A stretch of 64,000 bases of DNA from Nymphon striatum (GCA_016618385.1 JABFOP010000159.1:502555-566554), one strand, 5' to 3'; counted from the first letter of the stretch, positions 35,047-47,061 are shown. Notes: generated from the sequence alone by a model not told the origin. Numbers and translations are program-made.

Positions 35047-35215
35047 TTCTATATATACCAACTTTTAGAACAGATATCACTTTAGCTTGATAGTGACACC
35101 AGCTAGCGCTGAAACGTCATGAGTTTATTATTTGTTTATTTAATCTACTTGTTCTACCTCAATGGATTTTAAGTTTTACAGTTTTTTTTTGTAATAAATT
35201 TTATCATTAAAAGTT
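35047..35215. repeat. solo arm of the foldback family (15703/19010)
   Basis: TTTTAGAACAGATATCACTTTAGCTTGATAGTGACACCAGCTAGCGCTGAAACGTCATGAG... is about 85% identical to 19336-19480. Confidence 0.5.
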
Positions 35216-37258
35216 TCTATTTATGTTGTCGTAAATCCATGATGCTCCTGTCTTTATGCCTTCATACATTCTTTTCCTTGAGTGTGAAGTCCAATCTCGA
35301 TATGCAGCTAATTTACAAAGTTGTGTATTGTGCTATTTCACACATTAATTGATAATGCTTGATTCCTAAGCTTTATGCGTGAAGAAAATAGTTTTTAAGT
35401 TGTGCTAGATATTTCATATCTATTGCCACTTCCAGTTATGAGTGGGACAAATGTGTCCGGAGAAAATTCTAACATGATACAGGGGTTCCATTAGTTTTGA
35501 AAGTAGGAGGTAGTGGTATAGTGACGAGCGCAAGCGAGGCTAGAAAAAATGTTCTCCGTTGATACCAAAAAGAACTTTTTGAGTACTTAAATTATTAAAG
35601 TAATAACTGCTTTTATTGGATGCAGATTTGATTGCATGAGATTTTGAAGTGATTTATTTAACAATATCCTTCGTTACTTAATCAGTTAGTGGAGGGCGAC
35701 GGAGCAGGAAGCCATCAATTTGCTGGCTCATATAAGTTCCCATGTAAGATGGGGTAAAGGGGAGTGCAATAGCAAATATCAGATGTCAGAATTACTAAAA
35801 TTTAGTAGTGGTAGGGAGTTCAGTCACCAAGACCAATGTTTAAGAAATTGTGTTTAAAAGGAAAACAGCAGTTTAAGCATTCTTTTAAAAAAATAATGAA
35901 GTAAATCGCTCCACTGGATACAATTTTATAGCTAAATGAAGATTTCAATAATTGCTCTTTTTGAAGAAAATTCCCTCAAAAGACACAAGGGAAATGTATA
36001 GCCTAATTCAAAGACAATGGCACCAATTAGTGCCAGAAGGATCTGGCACTAACCATGTTGTATTTTCCCGCACAGGACAGATACGAAAACCAGGCAACTT
36101 CTACGACATTCTGCTGGGAATTTTGAAGAATTCTATATATAACACGATAGGTTTTGTGGTTCAAATTACAGGAGGATTAACACACGAAATAGGGTATCCC
36201 CGTAAAATGTTGCCTAATCATGGTGCCGTGTAGCGATCACGCGCGAAACATTTGCTCAGTTCAGATACAAAATTAAGCAACCCAAACACATCGTAGCTTA
36301 ACTAAACATATTTTATTTAAGATATACACATCTTCTTTATATCTAATCATAATATAAATGCTAAAAACTTTTTTTTTATGGGATAACTTGGCGCCTAAAA
36401 AATAGGTGTATATGAGAGATTCACCACCAATGTGATGCCATTAGGCTGGCTGACTGAACTCCCTAGTAGTGGTTATCACCGAATGTAAATAAACTGGCAA
36501 AACGCAAATGATGTCGCCAAATGGCATAAATCTCATAATATGTCATATCAGATGGTTAAATCGAAATTAGAATGAATTATCGTTTGTCAAGTTTAAAATG
36601 ATATGTGAAATCGATGGGGAAAAAGAATTTCGGACTTTTTTTTACAGTAAATATGGAATGTGAAATAGGTCCGATATCGGCTATCGAAAAACCCCTTTAC
36701 CCCTCCCCTTCATATAAAGATTTATAAGTATTTGTCCACATGATCTTTGAAGTCATTCATAGTTTTTGCCTCGATGGCCTTTCGTAATACTAGTATTACT
36801 CATTACGAAAAAGTATTTTTTTCTTTTACTTTTTTTTTAATGTGGAAGTAGACGGCTCTATTATTAAATATGGCGGCTATTTTAGCCGCTAGCCGCTTTT
36901 AAACGACATGTCTGTGATATATTCATTAGAACCAGTGAATAAGTGATGCATAATTTTATTGACTGAAATTTAAGAGTAAATCATTCTTCATAAACAACCA
37001 CATTATTTTAAATGTAGAAAAAAAGGAAAGTGTCAATATTTTTTGCTGTTTTATTTTTTCTGAATCTGTTAGTAAGTTAAATATTAAAAAAGTGACAGAA
37101 TTTGAATTTTTTATAAGAGATATTTTATTTGACTTCTCAAAATATTGACAGTGTTTGAATTGATGTTTAGATTATTATAAATGTAAAAATAAAAGATAAG
37201 TGGTTTTTGTGCTAATTCTATTAGATTTATGCAATTTTAAATTTACAGACTGATCAAG

Positions 37259-37416
37259 CTAAAAGTAGTAAACTCTTAATCGAAAGTCTGAAAGAAAACA
37301 TTGATATTTTACCATCAGTAGAATATGATGATGAGGAAATTTTAAGTCCCACACCAACAAGTATGGACCTTGGTGCTGGTGAGAGAAAAGATGAATCGGA
37401 CAGTGATGTTGATAAG
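37259..37416 (+). CDS. PARP4: PARP4-like exon 22 (5' boundary uncertain: acceptor 37248 or 37258)
   Basis: The exon encodes (TDQA)KSSKLLIESLKENIDILPSVEYDDEEILSPTPTSMDLGAGERKDESDSDVDK. This is an acidic segment colinear with the human ESPFPDIPKVSELIAKEDVDFLPYMS. The donor is GTATTT at 37417, phase 0. Confidence 0.5.
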
Positions 37417-38402
37417 GTATTTTCAGAGTTTTTTAATGTTAACCTATTAACTCTGTATTTTCTCCATTGGGTACATTTCAAGTTGAATAGCACTCTTCAT
37501 AAATGTTTCACATTATAATAATAACTTTTATTGCACAAAAATTGCACATGAGATTATCGCAAGTATTAAACAGAGACAAAAATAAGTATATGCAACAAAA
37601 GTTGATAATAAAGAAAGGTAGTAACAGAAAATAACGTAAAATACACGATTACAGAGTTAATAGAGAAAGTAACTGGGGAGGAGATAGATTATAGAGAGTC
37701 GGACAAGAAAAATTGTAATAATGAGAGGCAGGGGATAAACAATAAGAACAGATCCACGTATCAGTTGGGCAATTGTGGTAAGTTTTAGTGGGGAAGAGGT
37801 CAAAGGAGTCGTAGCATATGTCTGGATAAATCGTTCGTGGGCAATAAATGTACTGGGTGAGAGTACCAAAACCAAGAAGAAATATTGGGGATCAGGTCAG
37901 AAGGCCAGATAGGGAAGAAGGGACTTTGACCATGAGAAGACATTTGGATTGAAGTTGCTTGAGAAGGTGGGATAGAGGAATAGTGTTGGTCATAACATGA
38001 GTGATGCTATTCTGGCTGAATAGGAGATGCCAAAGTAATACTTGAGGAATTTGTTGAATTAGGAGTTTAGTTATTTCTCCGAAGAAGAGCAGATATGGGG
38101 AAGCCATAAGTGAAGTCCATAAGTCAGGATGGGAAGAATATAAGTATCGAAAAGACAGATAACTGTCGAAAGTGGAAGGTTTCTTATAGGAATTTTAATG
38201 CGTAGATAGCCGATTCTGGGGGATGCCTTGGCCACTATGTGATCAATATAGGGAGTAGAAGAAAGTCTAATGGTGATGAACATGCCAAGTTAGTTGAATA
38301 AGTTTGTGTTAGAGATAGGGGAGTCTTTGTAATAAAAAGTTAGAGCAGTGACCCATTGTGAAAAATGACACACTTTGTTTTGTCTGTATTGGCAGTGAAC
38401 AT

Positions 38403-39513
38403 TGTAGTGACCTCACTGTCACGTGGCTCCTCCCCTTCATGCAAATGTACTACCTCAGTTTCAATAAATTGCTCTCTTGCTTCCTGACCTTCTAACAGTC
38501 AACATGCTTTCTTTTATTTCTCCGACTTAAACTCTATAGCATTTCTTCCTAAATCTTATAACCATAAATCCTTCAATGGTGACCCAGACAAAACTCAGCA
38601 GCTACAACAGAACTCAGAAACAACAACTAATCAGCACTCGGAAACGACAATAGCAAGAACACTCAGCATCGTGGTAAGTCTGCCTTCCAACGACTAACAT
38701 AATTCCGAACTTACTACATACTTCATCAACCAATCTTCCATGATTTGTAGCGAGCCATAGCCTCATTTTCACATTCTCGTTATTCCTTTGCCACGCTACA
38801 CATCTCTGAAGAATCTGTGGCCGTTGCCGACTCCTGTAAGAAGTTTGCCTTAATATATTAACTCTACATTTCGGACTTACAAGTTTAGTCTCCCGTGATA
38901 TGAAGTGAGCCATCATAATATGCCACACTCCATATCTCGGAAGAATCGACGGCCACAGCCGACGACCCGTTATTTAAATAAAAAAATGAACTTTGACGTT
39001 ACATGATGCATCTACATCGATCCATTTCTAACCTCTATTTATGTTCTGACAAGAGTTACCTCCTGAAACGCCTGCACAGACCGGCCATTCACACGTTTCT
39101 CCCGTCGTAAACATCATAAGTCTGCTCCTGAAGTCATATTGCATTCTATCGTCTGCATCATTAACCATAACCACGTCCAGCAAGCCTTAATTATCAATTT
39201 TTTTTTATACATTCAAATATTAAATGGTTTCTCAAATTCTGTTATAAAACTTCATACTGTATTTGCATATATTTTTCTTCTCAAATTTGTAAATTCCATT
39301 TCATTGCCTGTACAGCTCCGCTTCTTGGCGGGGGAGTAATGTAGTGACCTCACCATCATGTGGCTCCTCCCCTTCATTCAAATGTACTACCTCAGTTTCA
39401 ATAAATCGCTCTTTTGCTTCCTGACCTTCTAACAGTCGACATGCTTTCTTTTATTCCTCCGACTTAAACCACGATAGCATTTTTTCTTAAATCTTATAAC
39501 CATAAATGCTTCA
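38403..39513 (+). mobile_element. small non-autonomous LTR retroelement (TRIM/LARD-like): two 172-bp LTRs, PBS-like and PPT, target-site duplication
   Basis: LTRs at 38403-38575 and 39340-39513 are about 92% identical. They begin with TG and end with CA. A TGGTGACCCAGAC PBS-like sequence lies right after the 5' LTR. A GGCGGGGGAG polypurine tract lies right before the 3' LTR. The flanking duplication is AACAT/ACAT at 38398-38402 and 39513-39517. The 760-bp interior has no gag or pol. Confidence 0.65.
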
Positions 39514-39849
39514 ACATATTGATATTACAGTAATTCGCAAGTGAATTAATGCCTAATTGAAGGTCATTAGAGGAAGAGGCGAGAATAACTAGGTCATCAG
39601 CATATTACAGATAGGAGATAGGGAACTGATTATGGAGTAGAATACCAGGGTGAGAAAGAATAGAAGGTGGGTGTCAGTGCAGCAAAACGAAAGATGGGGA
39701 CAAAAACAAAGAAAACCAACTTTCGTTTAACTCAATTTCCCAGTATACAAACAAAGTTCTCACTTTTTGAAATGTCAGGGGAACTTTTCCCACTTTGACT
39801 ACAACCTGAAATGAACACTGCTTAAGTATAAATATTACTTTTTATCTAG

Positions 39850-40044
39850 TCCTCAAGCTCTTCAGAAGTAAGATCAAGATCTAGATCTAGATCTAGATCA
39901 AGTCAAAGACACACATCATCTTCAAGATCTAGATCACGATCGAGAACTAGTTGCAAATTTAAAAAAATGTCAACGCCTGTAGGTGTTCGGAAGAAGAAAG
40001 TAATAAAAAAGTCAAAAACTTCAAGATTTAGTCAAAATTATCAG
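39850..40044 (+). CDS. PARP4: PARP4-like exon 23 (RS-dipeptide / basic stretch)
   Basis: The acceptor is TCTAG at 39845-39849 and the donor GTATGT at 40045, both phase 0. The exon encodes SSSSSEVRSRSRSRSRSSQRHTSSSRSRSRSRTSCKFKKMSTPVGVRKKKVIKKSKTSRFSQNYQ. It is built on a (GATCTA)n microsatellite. It lies at the position of the human basic KRKHRKIPFSKRK segment. Confidence 0.5.
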
Positions 40045-40116
40045 GTATGTTGTTCATGCTCTGTTGTTCATTCAGCATTTAAATGTTTCCACCATAATTG
40101 TTCATATTTTTATCAG

Positions 40117-40168
40117 GATGACCAATCAATGCAGGTCTCAATTCAAGAACAAGGTGATTATAAAAGTA
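40117..40168 (+). CDS. PARP4: PARP4-like exon 24 (micro-exon)
   Basis: The acceptor is TATCAG at 40111-40116. The exon encodes DDQSMQVSIQEQGDYKS. A phase-1 donor GTAATT at 40169 is needed to match the following phase-1 exons. Confidence 0.4.
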
Positions 40169-41654
40169 GTAATTTTTTTTCTTTTTTTATCGTTTAAATT
40201 TTGATAAACTTAACATTAATTTAAATATAGTTTATTGATTGCCATTATGAGACATTTTCTTATAATTCAGTTTGAAAAGTGGGAGTTTTTGATCCTTGAT
40301 TTTGACCAAAACACTTGACCCTTATAAATAACAATTAACACGAATAGTCATACGAGAGGCTCAAGCCGCTTAGATTAGCTTTCAAGACGTTTGGAGGATT
40401 ACATTTTGTCGTGCGACACCTCTCAATCCTCTTAAATCTAATCCTAGTTCGAAGTAGGTTTAGATTTTCAATCCGGATACATTTTGTCGTGTGACAGGTC
40501 TTAAGCCAATAAACTCAAGCCGTCCTGTGCAGAATCGAATAGATGTTTGCTAAACGCTGACATCCGGGCATCACAAACAGTGAGTAAACAAACATGTATA
40601 AACCTTGAAACCAACTTCCAACGTTTTAAAACGAAAATCATGCTCATGCGCGAACTCGCTTTGCACCTCCCATTATCACCACTGGATATCAAAATTCAAT
40701 CCGAAATCTGAAGCCTCTTGAGTCTCAAGCGGCTTGAGATTTTGTCGTGTGACTCCAGCTATAGTCATAATAGTCAAATAGTTGTTCGTTTAACTTCAGT
40801 TTAACCTAAAAAAAATAAAATAAAATATTTACAAAATTTGCAAGATTAACAAAATAGTTACTTATAATTTGTGCAAAATTATAAATAAGAAAGAATCATG
40901 AGGGTGCCTGAACAATTGCCCTAAACAAATATGTTAACACCATTAAAAATGAAAAGAAAATAACTAATTCACTGGTTTGTTTGCAATTAATTAGATTAGA
41001 AAGTGTTGTGTTCAAAGATTATAATGTATGTCTTTGCTTTCACTTTGAAGGTTGTCTCTCCCTCACTTCCTTCCCCACCTGCTCATTTGCATATTATCTA
41101 CTGTTTTCTATAAATGTACTTTTGATATAAAATAAAGGGAGTCTCTACTCAACATCTGAAGAGGACTCATCTGATTACTGTCTCCTAGCTAGACCCACAA
41201 ACATAACAGAAAGTCTTCTTGTTTACTCTCCGTATATCATGGCCATAATTTCAACCATTATTTTTGCTTACTCATGGTTGCTGCTGTTGTTTGCAAAAAA
41301 ATTTACTTTACCAACATAATTTTTATCATTTTACTCAAACTAATAAATAACCAGTGCCATGAATTTATGTAATAATATTTATATAAACAATTAGTAATAT
41401 TTATAAAGGTTTACAACATTTATTTTAAGAAAGAACTAGATTTAAACTAAATATAGCTGTGTAAAATGTTGATGGTTCATTTCATTTCATTGTTATGGGG
41501 CTCGGCATATTTAGTGGTATGCTTAGTTTCATATCTACCTGTTGCCCTGCTTGCCTTTATCCAACATACTCTAAAATAATCTAAAACTTCAATACAACTC
41601 CAATTTTGTTCTTTGTTGTTAATCCATTTACACTTGGTATTTGTTGAATGATAG

Positions 41655-41753
41655 ATGTCCAATCAAATACGGGCAACCAAAAAGAGAAAGCTGAATGGAT
41701 GAACGATGTGCACGATGAAAGTAGTGAAGATGACATGGGGTTCAGCATATTTG
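41655..41753 (+). CDS. PARP4: PARP4-like exon 25 (copy 1 of triplicated exon; SSEDDMGFSIFG)
   Basis: The phase-1 acceptor is TGATAG at 41649-41654. The exon encodes VQSNTGNQKEKAEWMNDVHDESSEDDMGFSIF. The donor is GTAGCA at 41754. The exon and its flanking intron are tandemly repeated at 41912 and 42155. Confidence 0.55.
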
Positions 41754-41911
41754 GTAGCATCTTTATTTTTATATCTACCCATTATACTATTTCTAGTCCT
41801 GGTCTTTATCTAACATGCTTTAATAATATCATAAATTCCAATACTTACAACTAATTCTAGCTGTTTTCTTTTTTGTTACTATATTTATTCTTGATGTTTG
41901 TTCTATAATAG

Positions 41912-42016
41912 GTGACCCAATAGACGTGTGTGTTCAAAAAGAGAAAGCTGAATTGAAAGAAAAAAGAGTGCATGATGAAAGTAGTGAAGATGACATGGGG
42001 TTCGGCATATTTAGTG
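41912..42016 (+). CDS. PARP4: PARP4-like exon 26 (copy 2 of triplicated exon)
   Basis: The exon encodes GDPIDVCVQKEKAELKEKRVHDESSEDDMGFGIFS. The acceptor ATAATAG ends at 41911 and the donor GTATGT is at 42017, both phase 1. Confidence 0.5.
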
Positions 42017-42154
42017 GTATGTTTAGTTTCATATCTACCTGTTGCCCTGCTTGCCTTTATCTAACATACTCTAAAATAATCTAAAACTTCAATACAACTC
42101 CAATTTTTTTCTTTGTTGTTAATCCATTTACACTTGGTATTTGTTGTATGATAG

Positions 42155-42280
42155 ATGACCTATCAAATACAAATACTAGTATCCATAAAAAGAAAGCTGA
42201 ATTGAAAAAAAAAGCGATAGCAGCACAAACTATAGACGAAAAAAGTAGTGAAGAAGATATGGGGCTCGGCATATATCTTG
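42155..42280 (+). CDS. PARP4: PARP4-like exon 27 (copy 3 of triplicated exon)
   Basis: The exon encodes DDLSNTNTSIHKKKAELKKKAIAAQTIDEKSSEEDMGLGIYL. The acceptor TGATAG ends at 42154 and the donor GTATGT is at 42281, both phase 1. The upstream 135 bp of intron is about 95% identical to the intron before exon 25. Confidence 0.55.
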
Positions 42281-42599
42281 GTATGTTTAGTTTCATATCT
42301 ACATATTACCTTGCTTTTATCCTGGCGTTCATCTAACATGTTTTAGTAGCCATCTTAAACTCCAATACGTATTCCCTATAATTTATATAAACTTTTTCCA
42401 AGCCTCTTTCAATTTATCAAAAATTTCTGTTCATTGTTTCGATGAAATCAACATAATTCATGATAATTTCAAATCTTCTACAAAATTTCAATTGCATCAT
42501 ATTTCTGTATTTCTAATTTTTATCACTTTTAAAATTTTGGAGAATACAAAAAAAAGATACTCTATTAGAAAATTTGAAATATTAATTTTTTTAATACAG

Positions 42600-42671
42600 A
42601 TGAGGATGGTCACATTTCTAAATCTACTCCGGACATTGATGAATTTGTAGAAAAAGGCTCATCAAAGGCAT
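42600..42671 (+). CDS. PARP4: PARP4-like exon 28 (tentative)
   Basis: The phase-1 acceptor is ATACAG at 42594-42599. The exon encodes DEDGHISKSTPDIDEFVEKGSSK. The 3' end is unclear. A GT at 42672 gives phase 1, but the next exon I recognise needs phase 0, so intervening exons may exist. Confidence 0.35.
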
Positions 42672-43099
42672 GTTATTTATTGAAGATAACTTTTTCTATC
42701 ATGTTTTTAACTCATATTTACACAATATCAAGGAAGCATGCCCAGATGCTATAGGACATTTTTGGGATTTGTGTTCCAAGCTATTAAATTGAAACCCTTC
42801 ATTTGTATATCAGCATATTTCAAATGTACCATTGTATGATGATTTCAATTAATGAAGCTTTCTGAAACAATGGCGCAGCACATTGAATATTTATCTAAAA
42901 AGTAGTTTGATGTAATTTTTAGATAAATATTCAGTGTGTTACTCTATTGTTTCAGGGCTCGAATTTAAGCACTCGCCACTCGCAAAATGCGAGTTGATAT
43001 TTCTTAAGCTGGCATTTTTTTGCGAGTAGATTTCAAGTTAAGTACATAACTGTTTATTTAATTTGATTGGATTAAAAGAATAAACATGTATGTTCAAGG

Positions 43100-43560
43100 T
43101 AAAACAAACTAGGTTTAACTCTTTCTTTTTCTTCTCGCCATATTCTCGCCAAGAGTGAATGGAAAGACTTGAAACTGTATGTGGCAAGGAATCGACATTT
43201 CCAAGGGACCCATCCACTTGCAGTATGGCAGAGGCAGGAGGATGCTGGGAGAGACGATTATGGAAACATTCTTAAGATTGTCCATCTTACAAGCATATAC
43301 CCCCTTAGTAATGCTGCCTGTGAGAGAGGCTTTTCTGTAATGAAAAGAGTGAAAAATGACTGGAGATGTTCACTAAACAATGAAGTTCTTGACCAGTTGT
43401 TGAGAATAAGCTTGACAGGCCCACAACTCGATGCATTCGACCCCACACCAGCAGTCAGAAGATGGTGGGTTAGTGGACAAAGAACCAAAAGACCAACAAC
43501 ATTGCCATATGGACCAAGGCATTAAGTATTATATGATATTAAGATAATCATGAGAAGGTT
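43100..43560 (+). mobile_element. hAT transposase C-terminal (hATC dimerisation) fragment, ZMYM1/Charlie-like
   Basis: ORF 43169-43525 encodes ..LSNAACERGFSVMKRVKNDWRCSLNNEVLDQLLRISLTGPQLDAFDPTPAVRRWW.. This matches the canonical hATC motif. No N-terminal transposase or TIRs were found, so it is a fragment. Confidence 0.6.
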
Positions 43561-45302
43561 ATAACTGTGGTTATAGTGAAGGACTGATAAATGAATCATT
43601 TAAAAGTTTAAGAACTTTGTCTCTCACTTACAGTTTCTGCACTGTCACACTTGTTATTGTTGAATCCATCATTCATATTTCTCTTTTGATACTTAAAGTG
43701 GTCATTAAAATGATTTACTACTAATAATAAAGTCTAATACTATTTGTCAAATGAATACAGATTTTGAAACAAATAATTTCGTTTTTTAGCCATTTCGGAA
43801 ATTATTTTGGCTAGTTTGTTTCACATTTGGCCAGTTAAAATTATAGGCACTGGCCAAATTTGCAAGTGCACAAAAAGGTTAATTTCTAGCCCTGTTGTTT
43901 GAGAAAGCTTCATCAATTGAAATTATCATACAATGGTACATTTGAAATATGCTGATATACCATATATATATATATACTCACGTACAAGCGGACCCCCCCC
44001 CCCCCAATATTGACCAAAACAAATTGGTGTTTTGGCCCTATCTTGCGTATAAGTCGATCCCTTAACACATTCGAGACTGAGCCCGAGCGTAACTCGGGCT
44101 TGGTCTGAGATATACAAGACCAAGAACATTTTTATTGTATAAAATGCAGGAAACCCCGAGTACAACTTGGGTCTAGTCATTTACTGTGAGCCAAAGTAGT
44201 GCTAAATGTGTGGTGGTGCCATCTATTACATAAATTAGATAATATTAGATGGCGCTTCACTATTTCATAACACCACTTCGTTTTAGCCATCTTGGCTAAA
44301 ATGGCCATATGATTAGCTCAAACAAAGTTCAAACAAATTAATTCAATTTAATATTATAATCTTAATCTTATCCTTTTATTTGTTATTTTATTCCTTTTTT
44401 GTAGTAAAAAAATACATTTTATATTGAAAAATGCGATGGTATACTTTTTTTAAATTTTGGATTTCAGCGTAAAAAGACAACATTGGCAACCCCCCATTAC
44501 CATAGTTACCAAGGAGGGGGGGGGATTATAAGCTGTTCCTGAATCTCCAAATGGCATACTAATATAGTGAACAGAAAAAAATAAATTTCAATCAAGAATA
44601 GACTGTTTATTTCAAAGTTTAAAATCACCAATTTTTTGGTAAAACCCTCAGTCACCAGCATTTGGCCCACAAAAAATGGTCAGTCTCGAATGTGTAAATT
44701 TAATGAAAAAAATGGTTAGAAATTTACCTATTTTCTTTGCATATTATACTAATTTTACGAATTTTGTAAGAATAACGGCGATTCTCTATTTTCGTATACC
44801 TTAAAAGTTAAATCGAATACGGCTCAGACATGTAAATGCGATATTAATCGTTTATAAACCCCCAATTTTATGTTCCAAATTTGTCCTTAAAAAGTCTACT
44901 TGTACGCGAGTATATACGGTACACACATCTTCAATGTTCTCCAGATTTTTTCCCTGTATGATGTATTCTTGTTTCCACTCCTTCAGGGTGCTCTGAAAAG
45001 GTAACTGCATTCTGAGATGCAACATATCGTGATATCAGTCTTTAAGATGATTTGAATAATTGTAATAGATGCTTATAAAGATAACTTCAACAACACATTT
45101 AAACACTTAAAACAGGATATTAATACAGTAAAAGTTATGTTGAAGAAGAACATTTAAATTTCTATGTCAGAATTTAATTGACCATTTTTGACCTAAGTTA
45201 TGAAAATTTTCTTTCTCTCTTTCTTATCTTTAGTCTTTTACCCTATACGGGTGTCAACTCTAGGACAGAAATCTTTGCACTATTTTTTTCATTTTTGAAG
45301 TT

Positions 45303-45728
45303 TATTGCACTAAACTCACATGGGTTTATGGCAAGCTGGAAGCCGTTTCCATCCGACTGAGTGCAGTGCTTCTCTATTAGAACTACAAGCCATGGTGGGC
45401 GAGTCCTATTTCTCACACCGCAATCAATAATAGGCGTTCCTCGCAGGTGCTACACTCCACCGTGATCAACCTACTCTTTATTCGAATAGTGAAGTGTGTT
45501 CTTTAACGTGCAGAAGGTATGACTCTCCTTTACACAGGACCTCCATTTAACGTCCTATCTGAGGACGTAGTATTTTCTCTCTAAAACCAGCCTGCATCCA
45601 GTATCAGAGAGGACAGCAAAAGAATACACAACGTGAAGGGTGAAAAAGTGGTGGGGTTCGAATGGGATTCGAACCTGGGTCATTCAAGCCCAGAACAGAG
45701 ATCTTAACCACTCAGCCACCACGCTCTC
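45303..45728 (-). mobile_element. tRNA-derived SINE, near full-length copy
   Basis: The body starts GCACTAAACTCACATGGGTTTATGGCAAGCTGGAAGCCGTTTCCATCCGACTGAGTGCAGTG.... The right end is the reverse complement of a tRNA-like head (GAGCGTGGTGGCTGAGTGGTTAAGATCTCTGTTCTGGGCTTGAATGACCCAGGTTCGAATCCCATTCGAACCCC). Confidence 0.75.
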
Positions 45729-45834
45729 ACTCTGGACCGCTCTGGAATGAGTAGTGAAGTCATCGCTAATTATCAAAGGTTAATGGAGAATGAATCCTCT
45801 GCCTAGACTCTGACGACTTTTAATGAGTTATGCA

Positions 45835-46120
45835 GGTGCTCTACATTATCGGGACCTTCAACCCTACTATTGTTTGAATAGTTAAATGGGTTCTTTAATG
45901 TGCAGAGGGTGTGACTCCTCTACACGGGACACCTCCATTAACGTCCTATTTGAGGGCCGAAGTATTTTCTCTGTGGAACCAGCCTGCATCTGGTTCAAGA
46001 GGAAGGCATGATAATAATTGATATAAAAATGGGAGTTTTGATCAAGATTCGAATCCAGGTCAATTCGGCCCTACAACACACAAGTGGAAAGATGTTTTAT
46101 CCACTTGGCTACCCAGCCTT
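45835..46120 (-). mobile_element. second, divergent SINE copy immediately downstream
   Basis: It shares the SINE core GGGTTCTTTAATGTGCAGAGGGTGTGACTCCTCTACACGGGAC... but has a different tRNA-like head (..GATTCGAATCCAGGTCAATTCGGCCC..). Confidence 0.5.
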
Positions 46121-46951
46121 CTAGTTATGAAACTTACTACACAAATAATGTACATTCATGACGAAAATTTTCAAGTTTTATCATTTGCCTACATGCAGAC
46201 GAAAGAAAATAGATTTTTCCTGATGTTTCAAAACACTCTACCATAATACAATTTAAGATTATTTTTGGAGATGATCATTTTTATCTGTGATATTTGTATG
46301 ACCTTGAAAAAATTTACTAAGATTACTGTTTGCTGGTTCGTCAATTAATCTGTTTACTAATCATTTACCTAATTTCACTTAATCCTCACAAATTTATTTA
46401 TTTGACGAAGAGATCTTGAGAAGTGTCGTGGGAGGCCAAGTGGTTAGAGTGTTTGCATTCCAACTTCTCAAACATGGAGTAGTGGGTTTGAATTAGATGA
46501 CTTAGGTTAGACAGATAACCGAAATACCCCTTCCCACCCAAGGTATAAAACTGAAAATGTCTGATGTGGAAGATTTTAGTATAATGTAGTGGCAACAGAG
46601 AATCTGATATTGAGTGTACATAAAATTCCATTTCAACAATGCAACCCTTTTCCCCAGTAACCCTTCCCGAGCTTGCCTTCCATAATTAATGAGTTTGAAA
46701 ATAAGCTCCTGCATTGGGCTTATGGGGACAACAAAATCGTTATTTTAACTTTCCCTCCTAAATTACTTCTTAAATTTAAATATACAATTCATTTTCTTGC
46801 CTTAATTACTATTAATTCTCATATTTAAGATAGTTAATCATATGCTTGTATTTTTAATGAATTTTAGTAATTTTAATGGTTCACAACTGGGTGTGCAAAA
46901 CATTTTTTATGATTTTTTTCTCAAATCTATATATTTTTCTTCATTTTTCAG

Positions 46952-46992
46952 TCTGTTGAGAAGATTGGTGAATCAGCAAAAGTTAGCAGAAG
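46952..46992 (+). CDS. PARP4: PARP4-like exon 29 (tentative micro-exon)
   Basis: The acceptor is TTTTTCAG at 46944-46951 and the donor GTACAG at 46993. The exon encodes SVEKIGESAKVSR, which resembles the human GGVEKLLDLSWTES. Its phase-2 end matches the phase-2 acceptor of the following large exon. Confidence 0.35.
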
Positions 46993-47061
46993 GTACAGTT
47001 TTACCAATGTTTAATCTCCATTACACTATGTTGTGTAAATTCATATCTGTATTCTCAGCTT

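Noticed and set aside
43169-43525. Possibility that the hAT C-terminal ORF is an additional PARP4 exon or a fused domain
   Set aside because: It has no acceptor or donor in a compatible phase, and the hATC dimerisation-domain motif (SNAACERGFSVMKRV) is diagnostic of transposase origin. It is treated as an intronic TE fragment.
46398-46714. ORFs 46398-46631 and 46502-46714 (-)
   Set aside because: They overlap a tRNA-like SINE head on the plus strand (GGCCAAGTGGTTAGAGTG...GGGTTTGAAT) and have no coding signature.
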